NCBI RefSeq assembly: GCF_006345805.1 | Contig: NC_043005.1 | Span: 15,004,001 to 15,068,000, forward strand | From: Octopus sinensis | Lineage: Eukaryota | DNA: 64,000 nt | Reading direction: 5' to 3' | Shown: positions 1-12,905 of the stretch, piece after piece | Layout: each line of letters starts with the position of its first letter | How positions within the stretch are numbered: the stretch's first letter is position 1 | Program-made: the position numbers and the translations under genes | The notes under the pieces: generated by a model | The model's input: only the letters and a program-made list of their open reading frames with translations | Database searches by the model: none | What the model was told of the DNA's origin: nothing

Positions 1-351
1 GCAGATCAAACTTATTGTTACTATATTCTTCCTTCAATCCAACTATCGTCTATCCTCCATGACGCGAACACGTTGCAACAGGTATTTTCCCATTCCGTCT
101 AATTATTCTTCATTGAACAATTTCTGTTGCTGAAGTTCCTCATCATCATCATCATCATCATCTTCATTTCCTTCATCATCCTTCTCTTCATTTCCATCAT
201 CATCATCATCCTCTTCTTCGTATCCTAAGTAGTTTTTAGACAGTAGTCTTCCGAACTTCTGTCCTGTTCGAGTAGGTTTAGAACTTCTGTTAAAGATTTA
301 CAATCAGAGTTAATTGCAACTGAACACTGATAAACAAACAAACAAACAAAC

Positions 352-385
<34 letters not shown>

Positions 386-483
386 AAGAAGAAGAAGAAG
401 AAGAATACATACAATGAGCTTCTCTGCCCTAGGTGTACGGAAAACACTCGGCGAGAGATGGAAGAAAATTTGAAGAAAGAAGG

Positions 484-516
<33 letters not shown>

Positions 517-571
517 TAATAATAATAATAATAATAATGATGATGAGAGGAGGATGATGATGATGATGATA

Positions 572-609
<38 letters not shown>

Positions 610-893
610 AAGAAAAAAGAATAAAAATTAACTTTCTAAAACGTCTAAAAAAATCCAGGGCGTCCACAGATTTAAGGTATAATCCTTAGTTGATAGACTC
701 ATTATAAAGCATTCATTAATTTGAGAGCCCTTCAACCATACTAATCAACTCGGTATGTTCTTTCAGTAAAATATCAACGATAGAAGAAGCAGAGTACAAA
801 AGTCGTTTCGGCAATAAGCATAAAAAAATTAGAAGAAACCAATCAGAAAACGTCCGCTAATTAAACAAATGAGTCTTTTGTGACTTACCTTTA

Positions 894-958
<65 letters not shown>

Positions 959-982
959 ATATACATATATATATACATATAT

Positions 983-1062
<80 letters not shown>

Positions 1063-1092
1063 GTATATATATATATATATATTATATGTATA

Positions 1093-1123
<31 letters not shown>

Positions 1124-1182
1124 GTATATTATATAGATATATATATATGTATATATATGTGTATATATATATATATATATAG

Positions 1183-1221
<39 letters not shown>

Positions 1222-1234
1222 ATAATATATATAT

Positions 1235-1279
<45 letters not shown>

Positions 1280-1485
1280 ACGTACACGCGCGCGCACGCA
1301 CACACATTCTTTTCTGTTTGAAACAATAGTTAGACTAATAAAGATTATTGGTCAGCAATAGAAATTGTTCAACGAAGAGTAATTAGACAGAATGGGGGAA
1401 ATGCCTGTTTCAACGTGTTAGCGTCATGGAGTGTAGACAATAGTTGGATTGAAGGAAGAATATAGTAACAATAAGTTTGATCTAC
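1..1485. repeat. Inverted pair of a ~133-bp sequence (1-133 vs 1352-1485) flanking simple repeats
   Basis: 1-133 matches the reverse complement of 1352-1485 at roughly 90% by eye; the left arm runs off the window edge. Confidence 0.85.
897..1275. repeat. Long interrupted (TA)n microsatellite
   Basis: Directly visible. It is one of many (TA)n, (CA)n, (AAT)n and (GAT)n tracts that generate most of the low-complexity ORFs. Confidence 0.98.
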
Positions 1486-1663
1486 AAAGTAAACTGGTTC
1501 CTGGGCAGCGGTCGTAATATCGAAAGGGAATAATATTTTTAAGACAAACGAAAAGGGGAAAGAGAAGCAGAATAAATATTTTAATACGCCAACCTACTTC
1601 GACGATGTCTAACCTTTTGGTTTTCGTCCACATTTGTTTTAATGAAAACAAGAGACAACAGCC

Positions 1664-1950
1664 ATTTGGTCAATATGAGAAATGTCTGGAGCACTATCAA
1701 AAATAATGCTATAATATTTATATTGTTTCACTTCATCGATAACTTTCTTTCTCACTTGATCTCCCAAGACATTCACAAATTCATTCTGAATTTTTGGAGA
1801 GACTCTGAAGGTGCGATGTGCAACTAGTGCAGTGGTTGCTTGGTGTAAGTTGACCAATTAACTCTTCCTTCTGGCCAGTTTGTCCACATCACTTGTAATT
1901 TGTGATGTCCTACTCTCTTATACAGGATGTGCCAGTATGGTGCTATTGAT
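1664..1950 (-). mobile_element. Duplicated hAT transposase fragment (copy of 4747-5033)
   Basis: 287 bp nearly identical to 4747-5033; translates SPKIQNEFVNVLGDQVRKKVIDEVKQYKYYSIIFDSAPDISHIDQ (first catalytic D region of hAT). Confidence 0.85.
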
Positions 1951-2267
1951 ATGATATATTGGATGTATATCAGTATGTAAGGGAGGTGAGGATTTAACCA
2001 GTAGGAAAAACATTATATCAATGACTTTGGCACGCTCTGCGACATTGATGGAACCGATCCTGTAAATATCTGGTATGAATATCTGTAAATCAAAGCCTGT
2101 AAAAAAAAATCTAAACAAGTAAGAAATTCCTGGGCACCACTCTTTCCCCCCCCCTCTTCCACAGTTCCTTGAAGAAAGGCCTTTCCAAGGCAACGAGATT
2201 TTGTTAAATTTCCAAAGCTTCTCAGCTTTTTCTTTTTTTTTTACTGTTGTGAGGTTTTCATAGATAT

Positions 2268-2500
2268 ATTTCTTTACTACCCACAAGGGGCTAAACACAG
2301 AGGGGACAAACAAGGACAGACAAACGGTTTAAGTCGATTACATCGACCCCAGTGCGTAACTGGTACTTAATTTATCGACCCCGAAAGGATGAAAGGCAAA
2401 GTCGACCTCGGCGGAATTTGAACCCAGAACGTACAGGCAGACGAAATACTGCTAAGCATTTCGCCCGGCGTGCTAACGTTTCTGCCAGCTCGCGGCCTTA
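2268..2500 (-). mobile_element. tRNA-derived SINE, family A (Meta-like core)
   Basis: Head with A/B-box-like motifs, core CCTTTCATCCTTTCGGGGTCGATAAATTAAGTACCAGT, 17-bp TSD GAGGTTTTCATAGATAT at 2251-2267 and 2501-2517. Confidence 0.9.
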
Positions 2501-3001
2501 GAGGTTTTCATAGATATGGGTACTGATTAAATGTAAGATGATTTCACGGACTGGCTTATTTGTGATGTGGTTCAAACATGAGGTACTGTTGCAGCAGTAT
2601 CTCATTTCCAATGCCTATATCTCTACACTGAGAATCTCTACAGTGAAAGTCTCTGCACTGTATCTCTCTGCACTGAGAGTCTAAGTCTCACACGATTACA
2701 GGAAGACAGAAAGTACTAAAGTATGTACGAGTACAATTTTGCTTTTCATCGTAATGTTTCTATCTTTACATATTAGTTAAAGTTTAATTAGTGCAGTCAC
2801 TATCTGTGCAGCTATTGCAGATTTCAGGCAACAATTTTTTTATTATTGTTAATAATTATAATTCCAGCTGCACTTGTTCTAGTTGTTGTCCCTGCACGGA
2901 TATCAGTGGCGTACCCAGTACAAGTGCCGACCGAGGCGGATCTTTATTTGGCCACTCCTTAAAAATTTCAAATAACACTTCAAAACGCCAAAAACGGAAT
3001 A

Positions 3002-3178
3002 ATCGTTAGCTACTACACACATTTTTTCTCTCCTTGTTTTTCTCTGTGTATCTTTCTGTCGAAGAGCGTAGGCTCGAAACGTAAAAGACTTTTTCTATTC
3101 TTGAGCGCTATACTAATACATTTGTTTGTTTGTACACCACCTGCCTTCGTCTTTTGTTTATTTTCGTAAACTTTCCCT
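3002..3178 (+). mobile_element. Non-coding dispersed element with a minimal hammerhead-like motif (copy 1 of 3)
   Basis: Colinear with 7508-7712 (-) and 21050-21236 (+). Confidence 0.8.
3051..3088 (+). ncRNA. Minimal type I hammerhead-like motif with variant core CUGUCGA
   Basis: TCTTT / CTGTCGA-A / GAGC-gtag-GCTC / GAAA-CGT-A / AAAGA: stems I and II, palindromic ACGU stem III and a GUA site, but U at core position 6. Confidence 0.6.
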
Positions 3179-5255
3179 TTATAATACTGTTAAATATGTA
3201 TGCAAAATAAGAAGACAAACTGTAGCAACCATTTATTTCCCTCAAATTTACTTTTATTATGTTTATACACAAAAAAATAATAGGAAAAATATGTTAAAGA
3301 TTAGAAGATGAATTAATTACAAAAATAAACGATTTAAAAATTGATTTTATGTGCCTTCCTCTTCGCGAAATCTTGAATGACTTCATCAAAATTAATTTCG
3401 TCCGCAAAGTCACGCTCTGTGGATAGTATCGCCCAATCAGTCAACTTTGTTTGACTTATTATTGACCTGAAGTGGTTCTCAATGAGTTTTAGCTTAGTTT
3501 GCAGCTAGCAACACTAATGGCGCGAGTTAGGAAGACTTAGGAAGTATTACAATACAAAAGTATTACAATGGCACGAGTTAGAAAGTATTACAATATTTGG
3601 CAATGACTCAATAAACTTATATTTCTGAATAAACCAAAGAACTTGCAAAGGCCCTTCTATGGTTTCAGCGTCAGCATCTAGCAAATAATTTAGCAGTCTT
3701 GCCCTTTCAACCAGAAAGTCTTCTCTCTTAATATTCTCATCAAAAGCATCTACATCACAATTACACTCTTTATCTAACAAATTGAACGGTGTGAGAAATG
3801 TGTATTTCTTCGCAATATCGTGAAGCCTTTTGAATCTAGAGGTTATTTCTTCAACCAGTCTATCTATCACAGACAACATTTCTCTTCTCAGCTCAGTGTC
3901 ACAGCTGAGAGTGGAATCGATACTTTCTTCGCAGCTCATTCTTTTCTTTTTGCGAATTTGACATTCTGTGCTGATTCCCATATCAGAGCAAATTTCGGTT
4001 GAATAGGCCAACGTATCATCTATTATTTTGTCTCTGCTTACAAGTAGAAAAGCTTTCAAGGCTGTTAGTTTATTGGCACATTGTTGCAACTCCAAAGCTT
4101 TTGTTTGGAGGTACTTTTGAGTGTTATTAATTTCAGGAAATATATCTCTCTAAAGGCCAAGAAATGACAAGAGAGAAAATGACAGCATCGCCTGAAGAAT
4201 TAAACCTGCATCAAATCTCATAGTTGCGTTTTCTGCATCTTCCATCAACCGTTCTAGCGCAGCAATGATTTCCGTGAATTTTGTATGTACAATTTTCACT
4301 GCATCTGCCCGATTACTCTATCTCGTTTCCTCAGCCCATTTGATGGTTGCGCCAGTTATCTCAATGAAGATATCCCATCGATGAGTTGAGACTGAGAAGA
4401 ATGAAAATAAACGGTCCAGTGTGCAAAAAATATAGCTGAATCTGCACCCATTGAAGCTGCATGCACAGCTGCTAAATTCAGAGAGTGATTGGTGCATGGC
4501 TCAAATACAATCTTTGGATGAACTTCTGTGATGCGGGCTTGAACAGCGGATCGATTACCTGTCATTACTGCCGCATTATCAAATGCTTGTCCAGTCTTGA
4601 ATGTTAATGTCGTCTATTTCTAATTGTTTCAGGATCATTTATGTAATTTGCTCAGCATTTTGCCTTTCATCTCAATAAAACGAAGAAAGGGTTCTTCTAC
4701 TTTTCCTTACTTTTCATCTATTTTAACATAACGTAGCACCTGAAAAATTTGGTCAATATGAGAAATGTCTGGAGCACTATCAAAAATAATGCTATAGTAT
4801 TTACACTGTTTCACTTCATCGATAACTTTCTTTCTCACTTGATCTCCCAAGACATTCACAAATTCATTCTGAATTTTTGGAGAGACTCTGAAGGTGCGAT
4901 GTGCAACTAGTGCAGTGGTTGCTTGGTGTAAGTTGACCAATTAACCCTTCCTTCTGGCCAGTTTGTCCACATCACTTGTAATTTGTGATGTCCTACTCTC
5001 TTATACAGGATGTGCCAGTATGGTGCTATTGATTCACAATAGGAAGACGTTGAAGAGAATGGTAAAACAGAGGCATCTCTGACTCTGAAGGTGCGATGTG
5101 CAACTAGTGCAGTGGTTGCTTGGTGTAAGGCTTCTGGTTATTAAGAGTAAATTTATGTGCCATGCTGAATTTCTTCATGTAAGCCAATAGATAATAATGC
5201 CAGACTATCAATCACTTTTCTGAAATCTATTATGAATATCATACCATACCATATC

Positions 5256-5293
<38 letters not shown>

Positions 5294-6107
5294 AAACTCA
5301 GCCGTCACTCGTAAGTAATTATGATCTGGTAGCAGGTACAGGTTTTTGGTAATTATTTTAAAGGCCTTTGTATTGTGAGTAGACATCCACACCCTTCTCG
5401 CCGTGATCCATTGGAACATCGAAGATTTGACGGCTTGAGGGATAGAGGGCTGGTACTCATTTTCAGCTCAATGGACTGCAGCAACGGGAAATGGTGTGCT
5501 TTGCTCAACAACGCAACGTTCCGCCCACTCCAGGAATAAAACAACCTTATACGGTCGTGAGCGCAACACCTTCACCACTATGTTACGCACCTTGATACAC
5601 AAACTCAAACACACACACACGCACGCGCGCGCGCCATGAGAGTTTTATTAACTTCGAAAGCTGTGGGACTCGAAGTACATAAGCTATATAAATATTGCAA
5701 CATAAATATTGAGTTCCATCCAAAGGATTTTTAACCAAATATTTAAATGCTATTATTTATAATTTTATCTACATCGAATTTCACAGCTAAAAACGATTTA
5801 TATATTGGTACACCATCGATTTTCCGGCAACAGATGGTCCGGCACCTACCTTAATACGGAGATGCCGGACCATCATTTGCACATCATAAAACGGTCAACT
5901 ACGAAAGAGACAGTAATTCTGATGACCCTCAAATTGCGGACCTTTGTGATTAAATCCATTAATTTTCTTGAATTTTCCACTCGGAGAGCAGTAATACCAA
6001 CATATTTTTTAGTAAGTATAGTGATCAATAAATGCACGAATGTAATGGACAGCTAAACTGTATTTCATTAATTAAATTTGTATTTAATACAATGTATTAC
6101 TTTACTG

Positions 6108-6400
6108 GTGGAAGCACATGGCCTAGTGGTTAGAGCAGCGGACTTGCGGTCGAGGGATCGCGGGTTTGAATCTCAGACCGGGCGATGTGTGTGTTTATGA
6201 GCGGTACACCTAAGCTCCACGCGGCTCCGACAGAAGATGATGGCGAACTTCTGCTGACTCTTTCGCCACAACTTTCTCTTACTCTTTCCTCCTGCATCTT
6301 GCAGCTCACCTGCGACGGACCGGCGTCCCAGAAACCTATACGCCAGGGAAACCGGGAAACCGGCCCTTAGGAGCCAGGGATGGCTCGAGAAGGAACAAAC
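6108..6400 (+). mobile_element. tRNA-derived SINE, family C variant
   Basis: tRNA-like head TGGCCTAGTGG...GTTTGAATC; 12-bp TSD ATTACTTTACTG (6096-6107, 6401-6412). Confidence 0.85.
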
Positions 6401-7507
6401 ATTACTTTACTGCTAGTTTCTAGCATTTCATTGTACTTAGACGCATGGGAGGCGTATAAATAAAGTGCATTGACTTTATTTATACATGGTCCGGCAAGAC
6501 GGTTCATCTGTCAAAGCTTTTGAGTCGAGAATAGCGGATAACCGGTGGTGCAGTGTTTATATTGTGTGTGTGTGTATGAACATGTATATACATACGGATA
6601 TGTGTCTATGCGTACGAGCGTGTGTATGTATATTCAATTATAGTAAAGAATGAGTCCCTCAGGAAGAAGTAAAATAAAACAGCTGATGCAGGGCTAGAGT
6701 TGTTAAAGCTGCGCTTAGTTTGGCCTTACCCATATATACAAATATAAATATATTTATACATTTGCGTAAATATATTTGTTCGTACATATGGGTAACAGCT
6801 TTTCTTTTAGACTAGTTGTATTAATTATTAATGACCTGTTGACACGTGGTATTTCGTTATGCAACTATAATGTACTACAAAGTATATTAAATGTTTTTTA
6901 TGGGTCAACTCTGTTTGGTTGTCAGCGGCTGCCAGTATCAATTTTCTGTTCTCATTATTTCACATTCAGTGTAATGATACACGTGAAAGTAATTTTCACT
7001 GTAAATCAATAGATAAAGAGTTATTAGTAATTAAAGTTTGACAATTTTGGTAATTTTAGCCAATCGCTAGCCACAGACACATTCATGGCTGTTTCGATAG
7101 TAAGAAGCGGAATATGAAAACTCCTTTGTCTCCCAACGTGCCTGTTGCCATAGTAACAAGCGAATCCGAGCAGTCTTTGAAAAGTCATTTATCTGCGAGG
7201 AACCACGTGATGACAAATTTGACGCTGTGCTCTGTGTGATTGTGGCAGCAAGCTCCAGTAACTTCGCTTCAGTTATGGAAACATTGAAAACAGAGAGGGA
7301 TATTTTAAAACTTAAAACTGAAAGTAAAAGGTTGCAAGGAGTGCTAAAAATAACAGCTAAATAAGATTTTTTTAGGATAAATCTTTTAAGTTAAAGTTTA
7401 TTTGCCATCATCTCGCTTAGAGAATAAATAGACACACTGGAATGCCTACCGGATGATGTATGTCGTTATGTATCCTCTCTATTTTCTTATTTGCCCTATA
7501 TATATAT

Positions 7508-7710
7508 AGGGAAAGTTTACGAAAAAAAAAACACCAAAAGACGAAGACAGGTGGTGTACAAAACAAACAGATGTATTAGTATAGCGCTCAGGAATAGAAA
7601 AAGTCTTTTACGTTTCGAGCCTACGCTCTTCTACAGAAAGGAACACAGAAAGAAGCAAGGAGAGAAACAAGGAGAGAAAAAAATGTGTGCAGTGGCTAAC
7701 GATCTATCAT

Positions 7711-7712
<2 letters not shown>
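7508..7712 (-). mobile_element. Minimal-hammerhead element, copy 2, flanked by (TA)n on both sides
   Basis: Minus strand 7604-7641 reads CCTTT CTGTAGAA GAGC gtag GCTC GAAA CGT A AAAGA. Confidence 0.8.
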
Positions 7713-7803
<91 letters not shown>

Positions 7804-7807
<4 letters not shown>

Positions 7808-9838
7808 AAATTCCGTTTTCCTTATTGAGAAAGAAAAGTAAATTAAGTACAAGGCTGCAAAAGGAAATGTTCAAGTAAAAAACTAAGTCAAACTTAGTGG
7901 TTAAAAAACAACATAATTGGTCACACAACTTCAAATCATCCACGTATATTCACACCGTACAATATAAATACATATCAAAATACCGGGGTGTTCAGGACAC
8001 AAAGCCCAAAGGTATAAAAATATACATATGTATACGCATAAAAAAAACTGTGAAAAAGCGTATGAAGAAAAAATATATGATGAAAATATGAATGTATATA
8101 GCGAGGCGATTTAAAATAATACAGTTAGACTATTAAATGTAAAGTGAATCTGGGATAACATCCATCGTCAAGTCCAAAAGAAAATAGACTTGTTCAGATT
8201 CCAGGAGCCGGATCCTCTCTTAACTGTACTATCTATGTCCAGTCTACACTTAACCATTCACTGGTCAGCGTAAGCTACTTGGACAGGCTGTGGACAGCTA
8301 AAACTAGACTTATCTCTAGTTCTTATCACTATCCTATCTAAATAAGACTTGAACCTTCCGTCGTTACTAATCCAAGTCCACTTCGGGACGCTCGGATGGT
8401 CAAGCCTGTAGCGATCCGCTAGCTGAAAGCGCTTAAGCAGATCTGCGAGACTTGTGTTCACTTTCCTACCGATCGAGCCAACGCTATCGATGCGTGCGTC
8501 AACGATAGCGTTATAGTCTCCTAACACCACTAATGTCTTCGACGTCACGAGAAAGTTCTCTGGGCGCCAATAAAAATCAGTTTGAAATCCCGATCAATCT
8601 GAAGGCCTTACTGCTGTATGTCACATCAAGGACGACCTTCTGGGTTTACATAGACTGTACTTGTCCGCAGAGCCAAGCCTTTTCGGACCAGTACTACTAC
8701 ACCCCTCGTCCTCCGGTCTATCTAGGAGACATGATTTTCTCATTGCCATTCAGGAGGGGCGAGAAGGTTTGTAGACTGTCCAGCTTGGTCTCTGTAGCAA
8801 CCACCACATGCATATCGTGTGATTTGAGGTCGTCGAGGAAACAAGCTTGCTTCCACTTCGAGCTCGGACCACGCACATTCAAACACCCATGGTTAAGTTT
8901 AGTCATTAAAAACAAGGAAAAAGAGCAAGGGTTCTACTTATCCTTAACTGGTGATGTTGGGGCTGACCTCACAACACGTGAGGCAGTCCTTTCTTCCTCC
9001 TTCTTCAAATAACCTGGAAGGTCCGGGATACTCCTGATGGTCTTTGGATGTACTTCAGATGCCTGTGAAGGGTTTCCCCTATCCAGGCACACCTCTCGCT
9101 CAAGTCTTGTGCTGTTGAAACAGCTTGGTGGTGTGGTGTCCCTCTACAATCTTCTCAATGTACTTGTCTCTGGTAACATATTTTACCAGGGTTTTCGTTT
9201 CATTATCGTTTTTTTCCCCTTTTTTCCTTCTGGGACAATGGGGCGGGGTGGTTTCTTTTATTTCTGGTGTGATACTTTCATTTTCTTTTTCTTTTGTGGG
9301 AGATATGGATGGGGAAGGTGCTTGTGTTCGTTTCCGAACTACCGAGAACTCCCCCTCGACCACCTCCATGGTGTCATCCGGAGGAGTTACATGTTCTGGT
9401 GCCACTTTGGAACAGGGCGGCCATCACCTCCCTTGCATAAATTTCAGGTGGTACCCCTATCACCTTTACTCGAGCAGTTCGTCCCCCCCCATGTAGGTTG
9501 GCAGAAGCACCACCTCCTTCGTTTTCAGGGGACTCGCTGAGTACTCTTGGGCTTTTTCCTCGGTTCCAAATCTTGCCTCTATTGTACCATATGTCCGGCC
9601 CCTCGCTATGTACTTTACGTCTTTCCATATGGGGGCCAAGCATTTTTCAATTTTACACTGTTCAAAGTGTTTAAATTTCCTTGTTGACGGACAGTACATT
9701 TTGAAAACGACTGTCTTTTTCAATTTTTCGACGCTGAAAGAGGGTGATATCTTTATATTCCCACTCTCCTCTTTAATTCTTTCAAAAAGCTCGGGGAGCT
9801 TTTCCGTTGGTAACACAACGTTTTCAGTTGCCACCATG
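7804..9838 (-). mobile_element. Tx1/L1-clade LINE derivative: ORF1 remnant plus APE endonuclease, no RT
   Basis: ORF1-like pieces at 9837-9100. ORF2 begins ~8906 (MTKLNHGCLNVRG) and includes ATETKL, VLGDYNA, WTW...SYLDRI and, after a frameshift, GSWNLNKS (~8190). The 7804-8170 segment is a possible 3' UTR (low confidence). Confidence 0.8.
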
Positions 9839-9840
9839 CA

Positions 9841-10765
9841 GTTTCGTGAAGCTGTTATTGGGGATTTTCCAAAGAATTTTAGGTATTACTCAATTATCAA
9901 CTCACACACAGTTAGGATTGGTTTTTCCAACACAAAAAATATCTTACAAATTATCTCTTCACATAATATTAACCTGTTAAATATTGATACATTTACTAAG
10001 ACTAACTTTAATTTAGCTAATACCATCCACCCCCTAGAAATATTAATAACAGAGTTATTGTATCTGAAGTTAATTTCAACAGAAAGTTTATGTCAAGTAA
10101 CTCTAAAATTAAAAATTTTATATACCAGTGTAAAATTACTTCTGGTAATGAAGTATTTTTTTATATAGGCAGCTCATCTTCTCAGTTATATAAAATAATT
10201 TCTAATCATTACCCTACATTTAAACGTAACAGTACAGGGCTTAGTAAATTAAATTTGGTATCTAAAAGACTACAATAAACAATTTAATTTAGATTGGTTG
10301 ATTCTCTCAATCTCGATACCTTATGATAAAGGCAAGGAATTTTGTCTTTGTAATTCTGAGCTATTTTAAAATTCTTTTTTCTAAAAATACCCTTGTAAAC
10401 ACGGTTATAGAGCGTGCATACCGATGTAAACATTGGCAGAAACACACCTTTAGTTCATATATGTGATATCTATCATTATATATAATTTAAACATTAATTT
10501 TCTTCTTATATTTCACATTCACTAGATATATCTTTTTCGAAGTCTATATGGTTTTATTTAAAACAAACTTAAAAGCGTTCGGTTAATCACTATACATATC
10601 CATCATTTTCTGTTAAAATGTCTTATTGACGAGTTTCATTTCTTCATTTCTCTGAAGAGAAGATTACATTGTTTTACACCATTTTATTCCTTTGAAATAA
10701 TACCAGTGATATCTTCGAAACATGTGTCGGAAGTAAAAGAATTTGAATAATTCCTGCGTTTAACT

Positions 10766-10768
<3 letters not shown>
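9841..10768 (+). mobile_element. Neptune-type Penelope-like element, 5'-truncated (RT-EN linker, GIY-YIG, 3' UTR with HHR)
   Basis: FPKNFRYYSIINSHTVRIGFSNTKNILQIISSHN, then FIYQCKITSGNEVFFYIGSS, NSTGLSK, LDWLILS and FCLCNSE pieces, decayed; ends at (TA)n. Confidence 0.85.
10646..10734 (+). ncRNA. Type I hammerhead ribozyme with intact core
   Basis: Stem I ATTTCT/GGAAGT; CTGAAGA at 10652-10658; stem II GAAGAT/ATCTTC plus CATTG/CAGTG; GAAA at 10717-10720; palindromic ACATGT stem III; GUC site ending at 10728. Confidence 0.85.
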
Positions 10769-10805
<37 letters not shown>

Positions 10806-11953
10806 GGGAAGAAAGGAAGAAGTTAAGATGTATAAGAGGGCCAAATGCGTCAAGTGGTTAGTTGAAGGAGGAGGCTAAGGGCGAGAGAAAACGACGGTGA
10901 GAGAAAAGTGGAAGAGGGGAAAGAGGGAGACAGAAGTGCTAAAGACTTGCTGTAGGATGGGGAGGGAAAGGTAAAGTGAAAGAGATATGTTTAATATTTA
11001 GCAGAGGGCGATGTTCTAGTGGTGAGGTTAGTTATTTGTTCATAGTAAAGTACCAAAGAATGCAAAGAGAACAAATACACATCGACAAGAAAACGAAGTG
11101 CAATGAGCTTAGTTAATGAAAACTACAGTGATGATGATGATGGTGATGGTGGTGATGGTGGCCGTGGTGGTGTGTTGTAGTGAAAAGTATTTCATTTTCG
11201 TTGAACTAAATCTATATTATTCTTCGGGCAGTTTGTTTACATTTTATGCTTTAGTTTGTTAGAGAGGAGAAGGAGCTGGAGAGAGAGAGAGAGAGAGAAA
11301 GAGAGGGGAGAGGGGCATTGCATTACGCTGTTATTCATGCGGTTAGTGGAAGTGAGAGGTGAAGAGAAAGAGAGAAATGTTAGACATGAAGAGGGGAATT
11401 ACATAGTTAAAAAGTTTGTTGAAGAGGTAGAGAGCAAAAGAAGGGAAGAGGTAATTTTAGAATCGTATACAGGTCGTCGTCGACTTACGACCACAAATGG
11501 TTCCTTCATAGCTTTGTTTTACATTTCTACATTCTTAAGGTACATTCTCAGGTAAAAGTCACACACAGCATTCTTTATTATACTCCAAGTGTTATTTGCT
11601 TATAGAAAAGTCCCAAAGAATGAATGCAATTGTTGCAGACGGGAAAGAACGTTCGGTAAAGTTTTTTGTTTGTGTCTTTTGGTTGTTGTATTTTGATGTG
11701 CTGAACTAAAAAGAGAATTGATGTGAAAAAAAAAGAAGGAAAGAGGAAAAAGAAAGAACCGCGCTAAAGATAAAAAGAAATGAGATTATAAAGAACATTG
11801 TGAATTGTGTAGTGCAAGAAACAGTTGCAAAGCTTACATAAAAATTTATTGTGGACTGGCGCTTGGCTGAGGATCTTCGGTGCCGTTTGCTAGCTGACAT
11901 CATCCGTAGACGGGTTGATATTCTAAGAAATTAAACCCATTACATTTCAACTG

Positions 11954-12293
11954 TGAAGGCGCATGGCTCAGTGGTTAGAGCGTCGAGCTTACGATCGTGA
12001 GGTTGTGAGCTCGAATCCCGGACCGGGCTGCGTGTTGTGTTCTTGAGTAAGACACTTTATTTCACGTTGCTCCAGTTCACTCAGCTGTAGAAATGAGTTG
12101 CGACGTCACTGGTGCCAAGCTGTATCGGCCCTTGCTTTTCCCTTGGACAACATCAGTGACGGGAGAGGGGAGGCCGGTATGCATGGGCGACTGCTGGTCT
12201 TCCATAAACAACCTTGCCCGGACTTGTGTCTAGGAGGGTAACTTTCTAGGTGCAATCCCATGGTCATTCATGACCGAAGGGGGTCTTTACTCC
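11954..12293 (+). mobile_element. tRNA-derived SINE with CORE-like central domain
   Basis: TGGCTCAGTGG A box, GCTCGAATC B box, core TTCACGTTGCTCCAGTTCACTCAGCTG; 14-bp TSD TTACATTTCAACTG. Confidence 0.85.
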
Positions 12294-12845
12294 TTACATT
12301 TCAACTGGACTACTTATTATTGTTACCGGAGCTGTCAACCCATCAGCAGGTGTTGGATTTGTCAACATTCTCACGGCCAACTTATGTCGCATTAATGATG
12401 CTCTCATCAAATCTGGTTTTCTTAAAACAGTAAACTCGAACTTGAACAGCAAAGATTAAACAGTTTATTAAATAACTTGAATAAAATTATTAGAAAATTA
12501 AATTCTGCTTTTATGTACGTACACCAACCGGCACCAATGTATTGCTAAAGACCATAAAAAAAGGAGCTGAAAAGGTGCACCATTGAGACATCATATAAGG
12601 TATATGTTTAACAAGTTATATGAAGGTCTGCATGTCACGTCTGCCACCAAAGTGCATTGCTTTAATCAATTACTAACTGCTTTCCGTACAGAAATTAAGT
12701 ATACGTTCACGGAAAGACAGTCACAGAGGGCAACAAATGATATGGTAAATTAGTGGTGTAAGACTTACATGAAATTTTTTTTTCATACAGATTTGTTGCA
12801 ATTTTCTTGTATGTTGATTCTACCTCTATTCTATCTGTATGTACA

Positions 12846-12905
<60 letters not shown>

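Larger units (their letters stand above)
2904..5129 (-). mobile_element. Decayed hAT-superfamily DNA transposon (Tip100-like transposase pseudogene)
   Basis: ORF pieces 4707-4940 (YYSIIFDSAPDISH), 4356-4565 (VFEPCTNHSLNL) and 3547-4095 carry hAT motifs, with many stops and frameshifts. A hAT-like end CAGTGGCGTAC lies at 2904; the other TIR was not found. Confidence 0.8.

Noticed and set aside
6454-6485. Perfect 13-bp AT-rich hairpin
   Set aside because: It is isolated, with no Helitron CTRR end or other context, and is plausible by chance in AT-rich DNA.
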